Shown here piece by piece: positions 12,085-22,826 of a stretch of 64,000 bases of DNA (the first letter of the stretch is position 1; every line of letters starts with the position of its first letter). The notes below the pieces were generated by a model, which worked only from the letters and a program-made list of their open reading frames with translations, was not told the DNA's origin and made no database searches. This DNA is from Takakia lepidozioides (Eukaryota > Plantae > Bryophyta): contig CM060731.1 in assembly GCA_030704615.1 (NCBI GenBank), positions 67,394,001 to 67,458,000 of the forward strand, in the 5' to 3' direction. The translations under genes and the position numbers were made by a program.

Positions 12085-13528
12085 CTAGCTGCTGAAGCCG
12101 GTTGGCCATGTCTTGGTCAACACCCTGACCTCCGCGTCCTTGGCCATGTTGAGGTTGCCCTTGGCCTGCACCTCGTGCCCGACCACCTCGTCCTCTCTGG
12201 GCTGGTCCACCTCGCCCCCGGCCACCATTGTTCCCTTAGAATCGGCCTGGGCGCAACTCAGGGTGCAAGTCATAACACTGGGCATCTCCATGCCCATACT
12301 TGCCACAATGCCCACACTGCAACTGTGCAGGCTGTGCTTGTGCCGGCCTTCTGCCACTCTCTGGGCAATCTCTCTTGACATGGGGTCCTCCACATGTCCA
12401 ACATATCACCCCTGGTTGTTGTTGGCCTACAAAAGATGTCACGGGCCTCTGCACATGAGGTCCCCTGTAAGCTCCATAGAACTTGGGTTGGGCAACCTTG
12501 CCCCCCTGACCACGCTGTTGGGCAGTCCCTTGTACCAGTTGGCTGGCAGCTGCACCTCGTGCAGGCACGTCCTTGCCAAATCTAATGGTAACAACTCGCT
12601 CCTCCACCATGTTGAGCTCAATCCGCTCAGCCAGCAGAAACACATCTGCTAATGTGGGTTGGGCCGCTTGTAACAGGGTTACATCCCGCACCTTTCTCTT
12701 GAGCTCTTTGTCCAAAATTCCATACCAGAACTGGACTGCCTGAGATTCAGTAACCCCTTGGGTCACACTTATCAAGCGCCTCATACGAGTGTAGGCCTCT
12801 CGCAAGCTCTCACTGGATTTGCGCTGGAAGTCTTGCAAACTTCGCAGTTTCTTTGTCCGTACACCTTGGTAGTTCCTCCGCAACTCCTGGAAAAACTCCA
12901 CCACCGGGTTGAATCTAGGCATATATGTTGTAGTCATGGCAGGAGGAGTAGTAGCACATTTTGAACTGGTACCACCTGCAGAAGTGCCGGCACTACTTGT
13001 TCCACTACTAGTGCTTGTAGTTGGAGATGTTTGTGTAGCTGCTGGTGTCACCGCTGCCCTTGTGCCTCTAGTGATTGAGACATAGTTAGGTGACCAATAC
13101 TCTCGTCACTCCTCAATCTCCACCGCATGTCCCCGCCTAAATTCATGGTAATCATCCATGGGCGGCTCCTCAAGGTGCTGGAATAGCCCCTTCCACGCCA
13201 TAAAGGGCGTAAACAGTTGTGGATTGCGCATTTGCTGCAAATCAAACTAACTGTCAAACTCTTGTATAAAATCATCAAGCTCGATGGTGCCCACAGCTCC
13301 AGAGTACCTACGTGGCCCCTTGGTAGCTCCATACATCTCCTCCATCGTGTCCCACAACAATGGCACGGAAATGACTTGCACCCTCGGTGAGAATCCTCCT
13401 GACTCCGAGTCTGAACCTTCCTCAGAAGACACTGAAGGTGAAAGTGGCCTAAACCGCACACCTTGTCTTGTGTACCCACTAGTATCGCTGGTGCTCGTAC
13501 CGGCACTCCCCTCAGCAGCTGGTGGCAC
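12085..13528 (-). pseudogene. Family X copy 1: gag with two zinc knuckles
   Basis: FQRKSSESLREAYTRMRRL (MHR-like), CWTCGGPHVKRDC, CGHCGKYGHGDAQC; internal stops. Confidence 0.85.
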
Positions 13529-14352
13529 CTCCGTGATGAAAACTCACAACCCAACCGGTTGTCAACCTGTCTCTAATCCCCACTTTCTAGAAGGTAACCG
13601 GTTAAAGAACCTGTTGCAGCTACTGGTTCAAGCAAGAATAATAGGTTTCTAACGTAGACCTGTACCTGCACCTGCATCCACCGCAAGCACTCATATGGTC
13701 TGCTGGTCATCAACCCAGCCTCACCATAGAAGAAACACCGGTGGTCTTGCTGGTCATCACTCCAGCCTCACCACCGACAGCATACTCTAGGATTGGCCGG
13801 TGATCAAATCCAGACCAACCTCCTATGAAAACAAGCGCCCACACAAAGCTAACATGGCGCACAGTCAAGCATGCAGGTGTGGAGGGGATCCAAACACAAG
13901 AAAATCAAGACAACAACTCCCCCACACCAAAAACACTCCACAGTGTCGCTCCTGCAAGGACACCCCATCCCAAACCCGGACTGACTCTTGCCTCCATCTA
14001 CGGAAAGGTTTTGGCCTACAGAGAGGGTGAAAGACTAAGGAGAAGAGAAACTAAAGCAATTCCTAAACCCAGAATGCTCTCATCCCACCACTCTCCCTCT
14101 TGTCTCTATCCACTCGCTTGTATGGCCGTGGCAAATATCCTTCAATATCCCTCAATCAATCCTTCAAGAGCTCTTCAACATTGTCCACCAAAGCTCCTCG
14201 AAGGGTCCTCCAAGGACCCCAAAGATCCTCCAAACACTCCTCCAAGGACCCCAAAGATCCTCCAAATACTCCTCCAAGGGCCCTCAAATATCTTCCAAAC
14301 AATCCTCCAAAGGCCCTTAAATTTCACAAAGTCCTTTCACTGTTGATAGCTT

Positions 14353-14742
14353 AACAGAGGTATAGTCTGAGGTTGCTAGGGTCCCTTATGTTGATGATAC
14401 CTTTACAGAGGTATAGTCTGAAAATGAGGGTTCTGTTTGGTATACTAACAGAGGTATAGTTTGAGCTGATTAGGGTCCACATATGGTGATACCTCAACAG
14501 AGGTATAGTAAAAGGGACAAGCTCATGTTTGGTATACTAACAGAGGTATAGTCTGAGCTGATTAAGGTTCACATATGGTGATACCTCAACAGAGGTATAG
14601 TAAAAGGAACAAGCTCATGTTTGGTATACTAACAGAGGTATAGTCTGAGCTGATTAGGGTTCACATATGGTGATACCTCAATAGAGGTATAGTAAAATGG
14701 ACAAGCTCATGTTTGGTATACTAACAGAGGTATAGTCTGAGC
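14353..14742. repeat. Tandem array in the family X leader: nine AACAGAGGTATAGT cores, alternating 43/49-bp spacing (92-bp dimer)
   Basis: Cores start at about 14353, 14404, 14447, 14496, 14539, 14588, 14631, 14680 and 14723. Confidence 0.9.
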
Positions 14743-17661
14743 ATACACTACTAGGGTTTGTAATGAAGAGCTAGAATGCAAGTCCTTGACTTCTATGCTT
14801 CTACTCAAGCAAAAATATGGTCTCTAGGTGGTCATAAGAGGCATCTTCTTGCTCTCTTCCACCCTAATGTGCAGCCAAGAGTGGTCCAACTCAACTTGCA
14901 AGTCATTGTCCACCAAATCAATCCCCCTTCTAGTCCTTGGGATTTGATTGCAAACTACCATATCTCCATTGCTGAGCAATCATGCATTTGTCTCCTCATC
15001 ACTTGACAATTGCTCCAAATCAACACAAATTATCTCAATGTGTAGGAGCAATGCTTGTCACTTACAATAATGCTCCCAAGCAATCCGCCTTGGATCCCAC
15101 TCTCACGCCATATGCCTCATTTGGGGTCTTGCACCAATCCATCATCCATGTGCTCCCCGTGGTCATTTGAATGCATGTTTCATGACCTCTTGGCCTATGT
15201 GTTGCTCTCCTTCATCATAACATGAATCAACACCTCTCCACTTCACACACAAGTGGATCTCAAAGGCCTTCACCTCTTGCTAGTTCACGAGCTCCCCTTC
15301 TCAAACTTGAACTTACAAACTCAAGCGAGCATGCTCCACACATGCACCACTTGCTTGGTCAACTATCCACCACAAAGCTCGCACTACCAAGAGCATGAAT
15401 AGCCAAGTATTGTCTCCCCCTCTTGTAACATTACATAGTTAGGGTGAAGCTATGCATACATTGAATGATGATTTCCCTTCAAGGATTTCCCACCACATGT
15501 TCTCCAAGCCCTTCCAATGGCACCCTAAGCTTGGCTCCACACCACCATGATTGGAAGATTTCTTCACATGCTCCCTTTCAAAACCTCTTGAGCTTCTTAG
15601 TGCTCTCCAAGTGCTTGCCCTTGTTGTCTTCAAGCCCAAGCATATATAGCTCATTGGCTTCTCTTCCACAACATCCACACTTTGAACTTGCTTTTGCTTA
15701 ACCCTAGCTTGATAGTGAAATGAGCACTAACAAGCCTTTAGTCACTCTCCACAAGCCATGGCACACACCATCGACTCCATAATGCATACAAAGGATTCTC
15801 AAACCCTAGAATCCATGCTTCCACACACACAAGACTTCCTCATTACAATCCTTGCAAAATCTTGTGACTCAAGAGCTTTCTTCTCAAGCTCTCCAACTCC
15901 TAGGTGCATGCAATATTCGAGCACATTTCCTTGCAACCCTTTGCAAGCCTTGTGATACAAGAGCTAAATTCTCCTAGCTCTCAACCTCTTTAAAATACAA
16001 GTGCAAAACTAATCCTTACACTCCGCACTCACAAGCATAAGGTGATCTTCTTGTAGTGATAAGAGATGAGAAATGAGAGAAGTAGAAGACAATGAAAGCT
16101 CTTTTTAAGCATGAAGCAATCACATGAAGAACAAGCCCTAGTCCTTCCAAGTGAAATCCACCCTATCACATAAACTAAGTCAAGCCAAGGGCACCTTTGC
16201 TAAAGGAATCCACCCTACAAAGCCCTCAACATACTCCCTCTCAATACCTAGAGCTATGGAGGTGAGAGAAGCTCATGGAGGTTCAACTACAAGAAGATGA
16301 GCCTCCTCAACACTCACAAGGGGAAAACCTATCTCCATGTCTCAAGTGAGGCTCGACACCTCACTTGGCATGTGAGACCAAATGAAGTCCCAACACACAA
16401 AATATACATATAAATATCTAAAATGTCCTAGTTAACTAGAAGTAGGTAATTCTAGATAACCATGACTAAAACCATGACAACCCACTTCTAGTTAACTACG
16501 ATATTTTGGATATTAATATTTGTATTTTGTGTGTTGGGACTTCATTTGGTCTCACATGTCAAGTGAGGTGTCAAACCTCACTTGGGACATGGGGATGGGT
16601 TTTCCCCTTGTGAGCGTTGAGGAGGGCTCATCTTTTTGTAGTTGAGCCTCCATGAGCCTCTCCCACCTCCATAGCTCTAGGTATTGAGTGGGAGTGTGGT
16701 GAGGGCTTTGTAGGGTGGATTCCTTTAGCAAAGGTGCCCTTGGCTTGACTTAGTTTGTGTGCTTAGAATGTATAGTGGACAGCAATGTATGTTGTGGCAC
16801 GATGCTTAGGTGCACGACAAAAGGTATAAGGGTTATCATGAATAAGCGGATAGTCGCATATGACTCCTCTTTGGGAATAGCGAAATCAACTTTCATCCAT
16901 AATAAACTTGAAAATTCATCCATTTATTTTTCATAAATTGTTCAATAAAAGAGATGTTACCTATGAGGGAGGTGTTGTCTTTAGGCACTTCATGAGGTAG
17001 TTTTCAACAAAGGAGAGGAGGTGACACCTAGGGAATGCACAAAAGGGGCTTAGCGATTTGGATGCCTAGTCTCCTCTTTATTCTAAAGGGGAGCCAATAA
17101 ATTGAGAAGAAAATGATGGAAAAATAATCTTTTGTGAAAAGCACAACATGCAATCAGAACCTTCTAAAGCTACAGCAAGATAGAGAGAAGATCGGAGGCC
17201 GCAACTAAGAGTCACTTCATCTTTCTACAATGGAAGCCACATAAATGAACCTCGAGAAGACGGAAAAGAACCATCCCCAGGAAGCTTCCAAATATGTACC
17301 CAATGTCGTTCAAAAACAACAATCAACCGTACATCTAAGAGGGTTGTCGGAGGGTGTTATTGCATGCCTCCTAAAGTGGCAATTGCATGTGGGGCCCATT
17401 TGGCGGCTGCATGTAAAGCCCTAACTTAACAAATCTTCTAGAATGTGCTGACATTGTAGGGTGTTGTAGGGTGTGAGGGTGGGAGTCGGAGGCATTGGCT
17501 GGTGGCAGAAGAGAGAGTTAGTAGGAGAGAGGCATAGCCAAGAGAGAGGGCCTGCCACAGCTATGCAAGGGGAGGGTTCATGGACTACTATCCAACGGTG
17601 CTGCAATGAGGAGGAGGGTGTAAAGGATCTACAACAAATATATATATATATATATATATGT

Positions 17662-19114
17662 ATAAGGAGGAGGCATGAACGGATAGCTGGGCACCCTCCC
17701 TAAAGTGATTGGTGCATGGTTACAAGAGCACGCGCACTTTGGGTTCTATGGCATGGGACTCGATCTGGAAGGCTTGGCTTAGGAGTAGGCCTTATTGCTT
17801 TTAGCGCAGGGCTGGCTCTTTTGCTGAGGGATATTAGGAAGCCACTATTCGGGAACTACAATCTGGATCCTTCTCCCCTGCGTAAATTGTCAAGAAAATG
17901 GGCTACGTGGGAAGTTGCGGGCTTTTGTCATGCGGCAAACATTTGGGGATGGAGGAGCAGTAGGCTGCTCACTCTAGGCTAAACTGGTTTCTATCTATTC
18001 CCCTGGCTGGTCTGCAATTTGACCCTCGAGAGTGGGCTTGGAGGAATTGTCCCAAGACCCCATTCTTTGGATACAGTGCCAGAGTAGGATACAGGGGAGG
18101 GAGGGGCTTGGTTGCTCATGTCACCATATCAATTACCCTGATAGGGAAGGCCCCAGACCTAGTAACTGACCCCATGGACAAGACTGACAGATTCCCCTGG
18201 GGGGAGGCCAAAAAGTGTAAACCCTGAATTCCATCTGCAGTATAAGAGAGAGCTAGCAGCACTTGGAAGGGCAAGCCCCCTGTCCCTCCCAACCAAATAA
18301 TAAGAGACCATGGATCATGCTCTGAATTCAACCGAGGGGCAAGGTAAGAAGCTCCCTGGCGGATTGCCTCCCATCCCGAATTGACTGAGCGCCGAGGCAG
18401 GGCAGAAAAAAACAGGTCCTCAGATACTTCTGGGGACAGTGAATTTCTCTCAAAAATGGTCCAGGAAGTGGCAGCACTTTCCAAATACTATCATTCTTTG
18501 GAAGTCAATTTGGAAGGATATTTGGCGCAAGGATAGGCCTCTAAGATCTCCGCTTTCCTGTGGAAAATAGCCAATAGAATTTTCCGTGTGGCGGCTCATT
18601 GCTTTGATGCCAGTCCCTCCTGCAAATTGTGCTTTGGCAACTTTGAGGAAACCATTCAGCACTGCCTCATAAGTTGTCCGATGGCAGCTTAGGTTTGGAG
18701 ATTGGTGTTTGCCTTTTACTCAAACTGGATGACGGGGGCTTGGGGTCTCCACTGATTCAACTCTTAAATTGGGCTCAAGGTCATCTCTGGAGTCCTTGTC
18801 CAGTCTGGTCCTGCCTGCGAGCTCATACGTTGTGGGCATTGTGGAAGTCCAGATGCTCATTCATTCATGAGGGGAAATGCCCCAGCATCAGATCGTTATT
18901 GCATAAAATATTTGCAGACCTGATGACTGAGGGGTTTAAGGCCCAGGCGTCATTGGTTGCAGCTTGTAACAGGTGCAGCGAAGGGAAGCGTCAACAGCTT
19001 ATCTCTGATTTTGACCTCTCCTGGGGTAAGGACAACATCATTTGCACCCGCACATCCGGCTCGACCATTGCCTGGAATTATGTCCTTGCCAACCAATGGC
19101 AAATCCCTGATTGA
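17662..19114 (+). mobile_element. Degenerate L1-type LINE ORF2 C-terminal fragment (zf-RVT)
   Basis: KISAFLWKIANR...CKLC..EETIQHCLISCPMAA*VW at about 18543-18700; LWALWKSRCSFIHEG; KPLFGN. Boundaries are approximate, and a (TA)n tract lies at about 17638-17659. Confidence 0.7.
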
Positions 19115-21639
19115 GTCTGAGGAGGTGGAGGTGAATTGGAGGCACAGAAAGCTCAGGGTTCCAAGGATTAAGGCGCAGCTTGACTTTGCCCCTGAGGCAC
19201 CATAGCTGAAAGTCCAGGCTGGGAGTGTTCTCTTAGGGAGCAGTGTCAGATCAAACTGGTTAGATGGATATTAGTTCTCGGCATGGCCTCTTGGTTCATG
19301 GGTGCAGAGCGAACACTCTACTCCCTTTTCATTTCTGTTCTTCGCTTTGTATGGCAGTGGTTTTTTTTCTGGGATGCAGCTCTGGTTTGTTCCCTTATGC
19401 ATTTAGAGCTCCCGTTTCTGGACGCAGTGTCGCCCGTTACTTCGTACCCCCCATCCCATTCCTCTGTTGTTTGTCTCCGGGTAGTTGTCAGACGTTCTAG
19501 AGATGCAATGATTGGTCTTTAAATACTTATCAGGTGGAGAAACACAACCTCATGCTTTGTCAATGTTGCTGGTGAACTCTAATAGATATTTACCTCTATC
19601 ACTTGAGTTCTATTCAAACCTTCTGGTGGATACGGTGGCTGGCAGTCCATCCTATTTTGTCTGATTTTATTTTTCTTCATATAATAAGACAATACAAAAC
19701 AAACCCTGTTGTAGAAGCCCATATTTTGACATAGAAGAGGCACACAAGGATATCTCCGTGGCCAAGGCAACGGTTACCACCTGCACAAGACTTGCTCTTG
19801 TATGAAACCCAAAAGTGCCATGATCTACTGACCTTGGTCTACTGTTTTAGACCCATCTTTCTTTCTTTTTGTTTGTTTGTTTGTCTTTTTTTTCCCCTTA
19901 ACAGGGGAAGAGCTTTGGAGATATATTAGAAGGACATGGAAAAAATAACCATGTAAGGCCGTGGAGACTTACACTGGAATTCCACCCCGAACCAAAGAAG
20001 AACTACATGAAACTTGTGTCATGGTTTTAGTCATGGTTAACTAGAATTACCTACTTCTAGTAACTAGGACATTTTGGATATTTATATTTGTATTTTGTGT
20101 GTTGGGACTTCATTTAGTCTCATATGCCAAGTGAGGTGTCAAACCTCACTTGGGACATGGGGATGGGTTTTTCCCCTTGTGAGTGCTGAGGAGGGCTCAT
20201 CTTCTTGTAGTTGAGCCTCCATGAGCCTCTCTCACCTACATAGCTCTAGGTATTGAGAGGGAGTGTGTTGAGGGCTTTGTAGGATGGATTCCCTTAGCAA
20301 GGGTGTCATTGGCTTAACTTGGTTTATGTGATTGAGTGGATTCAAGAATGGAGTGTTTCCATTGTGTTCACTTTCATTATCACTACAAGAAGATCACCTT
20401 ATGCTTGTGAGTGCGGAGTGTAAGGATTAGTTTAGCACTTGTGTTGGTGTACACTAAGGAGTGAGAGAGCTAGGAAAAGCTCAAGTATCTCACAAGGCTT
20501 GCAAGGTGTTGCAAGGATAGGTGCTTGGTGAAGTTGATGCACCAAGGAATATGAGAGCTAGGAGAATTTAGCTTTTGTATCACAAGGCTTGCAAGGGTTG
20601 CAAGAAAAGGTACTTGTGGTGTTACACCAAGGTATTGGAGAGCTCAAGAAGGAGCTTGTTTGCCACAAGATTTGCAAGGATTGCAAGAGGGAAGTCTTGT
20701 GTGTGTGGAAGCATGGATTCTAGGGTTTGAGAATCATTTCTATGCATTATGGAGTCAATGGTGTGTGTCATGGCTTGAGGAGAGCAACTAAAAGATTGTT
20801 AGTACTCATTTCACTATCAATCTAGGGTTAAGCAAGCTCAATTGTGGATGTTGTGGAAGAGAAGCCAATAAGCTACATAGGCTTGGGCTTGAAGACAACA
20901 AGGGCAAGCACTTGGAGAGCATTAGGAAGCTCAAGAGGTTTGAAGGGGAGCATGTGAAGAAGTCTTCCAATCATGATGATGTGAAACCAAGCCTAGAGCA
21001 TTGAAGAGCCTGGAGCACATGTGGGAGATCATTGGAGGTGGTCTTCATGAAGAAAAAAGATTGTGGCTCAAGGCATGCATAGCAACTTCAACCATATATT
21101 AGCATGTGACAAGACAAAGAAGGGGAAGGTGAAGCTCACGTATTCATTCCCTTTTGGCTTAAGTTTTGTGGTGGATGGTTGATCAAGCAAGTGATGCTTA
21201 CGTGGAGCATGCTTTCCAAGTGTGGCTTCCAATTTCAAACTTGAGGAGAGCTAGAAAGTGAAGGGAGTAAGTTGATTCCCTTGTGTACGAGGTGATGCAT
21301 GTGTAAAACATGTTTTTGGCTTGAGCTTTGCAATTTCAAGCTTGAAAGGAGTGGCTCTTGAGCTAGCACGTGAAGGGAGCTTGAATGACCAAGGCTTGAG
21401 AGGAGACAAGGCTTGGTGGCTTGCCAAAAGAGGTACAAGCTTGATTTTGAGTTCCAATGAGAAATCGAGCTTGTTGTGTGGCCAATGCATTGCTAGTTGA
21501 GTTGGAGACAAACTTGAGTAGCTTAAGGTGAAGAAGATCAAGGGAATTTGCCTTGGTACCCCATAGAATTCATGGATGTTTGAGGGGATTAAGCATAGAG
21601 CCCCAAGGAGCACAAATCCTAGCTTGGTAAGGCTAAACC

Positions 21640-22100
21640 TCAAGGAAATAGAGGGGGAAGTGGCTAAAGCTTAGGGGGAAATGGCTAAACCCTAGGGGGA
21701 AATGAACTACTCCATGAGGGGGAAATGGCTATTGCCAGGGGGAAATGGCTATTCCTAAGGAGAATACAAGGGGAATACAAAGGGAATACATATAGGCCCA
21801 GGGGAATACTGGGGGAATACTATGGCATATTCTTAGGAATGTTCTTAGGGAACTTATTGGTAACCCATTGGGAACTTGGAAATGCATTGGGAACGCATTG
21901 GGAACATGGTAACATAGGAAGAGTCCTTGGAGGACTGTTTGGAGGACCATTGGGAGTCTTTGGAGGACTGTTTAGGGTCCTTGGAGGACCAGTTGGAGTC
22001 CTTGGAAGACTATTTGGGGTCCTTGGAGGCCAATATTTGGCGAGCTTGAGGAGTCTTGGCGACTTGTGTAAGGGACTATTTGGGGTCCTCGAGGGCTAAG
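21640..22100. repeat. Degenerate G-rich short tandem repeats in the copy 2 leader
   Basis: Reiterated GGGGGAAATGGCTA, GGGAATAC and GTCCTTGGAGGAC units. Confidence 0.7.
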
Positions 22101-22826
22101 TTTTGGCAGGCTCTTGGGGCCTTGGTGTACTGTTTTGGAGTCCCATTGTGCAAGGATTGGGAGCCTTAGTGAGATTGTTTGAGAGACATATTCTTGAGGG
22201 CTCCTGGAGAGTTATTTGAGAGACCCTTGAAAGGTAGTCTTGTCTATTGTTCAAGCAAGAGAGTGTGGAGATAGGGTAGTGGGATGAGAGCATGTTGGGA
22301 TTAGGAATTGCTTTAGTCTCTCTTCCTTGTAGTCTTTCACCCTCTCTGTAGGCCCAAACCTTTCCGTAAGTGGAAGCAAGAGTCAGTTCGGGTTTGGGCT
22401 GGGGTGTCATTGCAGGAGCGACACTGTGGAGTGTTTTTGGTGTGGGGGAGTTGTTGTCTTGATTTCCTTGTATTTGGATCCCCCCCACACCTGCATGCTT
22501 GACTGTGCGCCATGTTAGCTTTGTGTGGGCGCTTGTTTTCATAGGAGGTTGGTCCGGATTTGATCACCGGTCAATCCTAGAGCGTGCTATCGGTGGTGAA
22601 GCTGGGGTGATGACCAGTCAGACCATCATTGTTTCTCTTATGGTGAGGCTGGGTTGATGACCAGTAGACCATATGAGTGCTTGCGGTGGATGCAGGTGCA
22701 GGTTTATGTTACGAACCTAGTAGTCTAAGCCATAAACCGCAATATATTCTCTACCTAGTTACCTTGTGGAAAGGGGGATTAGAGACAGGTTTACAACAGG
22801 TGTGGTTGTGAGTTTTCATCACGAAG

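Larger units (their letters stand above)
5038..16479 (-). mobile_element. Family X copy 1: Ty3/gypsy-type retroelement gag-PR-DNMT-RT-RH-INT-PHD with A...B-A-B termini, internally rearranged
   Basis: TSD ACCC at 5034-5037 and 16480-16483. A1 16057-16479, B2 5038-5122, A2 split (about 5418-5720 and 8564-8677), B1 8477-8561. Domain motifs are visible in the ORF track. Confidence 0.9.
5002..16819 (+). mobile_element. Solo A-B terminal remnant of family X (5002-5037 plus 16484-16819), split by insertion of family X copy 1
   Basis: Starts TGTCATGG, ends GCACGACA; 4-bp TSD AAAG at 4998-5001 and 16820-16823. The A sequence resumes exactly after the nested copy. Confidence 0.88.

Noticed and set aside
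13825-14346. Antisense ORF MKTSAHTKLTW… present in all three family X leaders
   Set aside because: It has no recognisable domain and its C-termini differ by frameshifts; persistence is explained by nucleotide identity. A dN/dS test would be needed to revive it.
14353-14742. CRISPR-like array (constant core plus spacers)
   Set aside because: The spacers are themselves repeated in a 92-bp period, there are no cas genes, and the context is a eukaryotic TE leader.
5038-16479. Copies 1 and 3 as a segmental duplication or assembly duplicate
   Set aside because: They have different flanks at the element end, different rearrangements and private mutations, so they are independent insertions.
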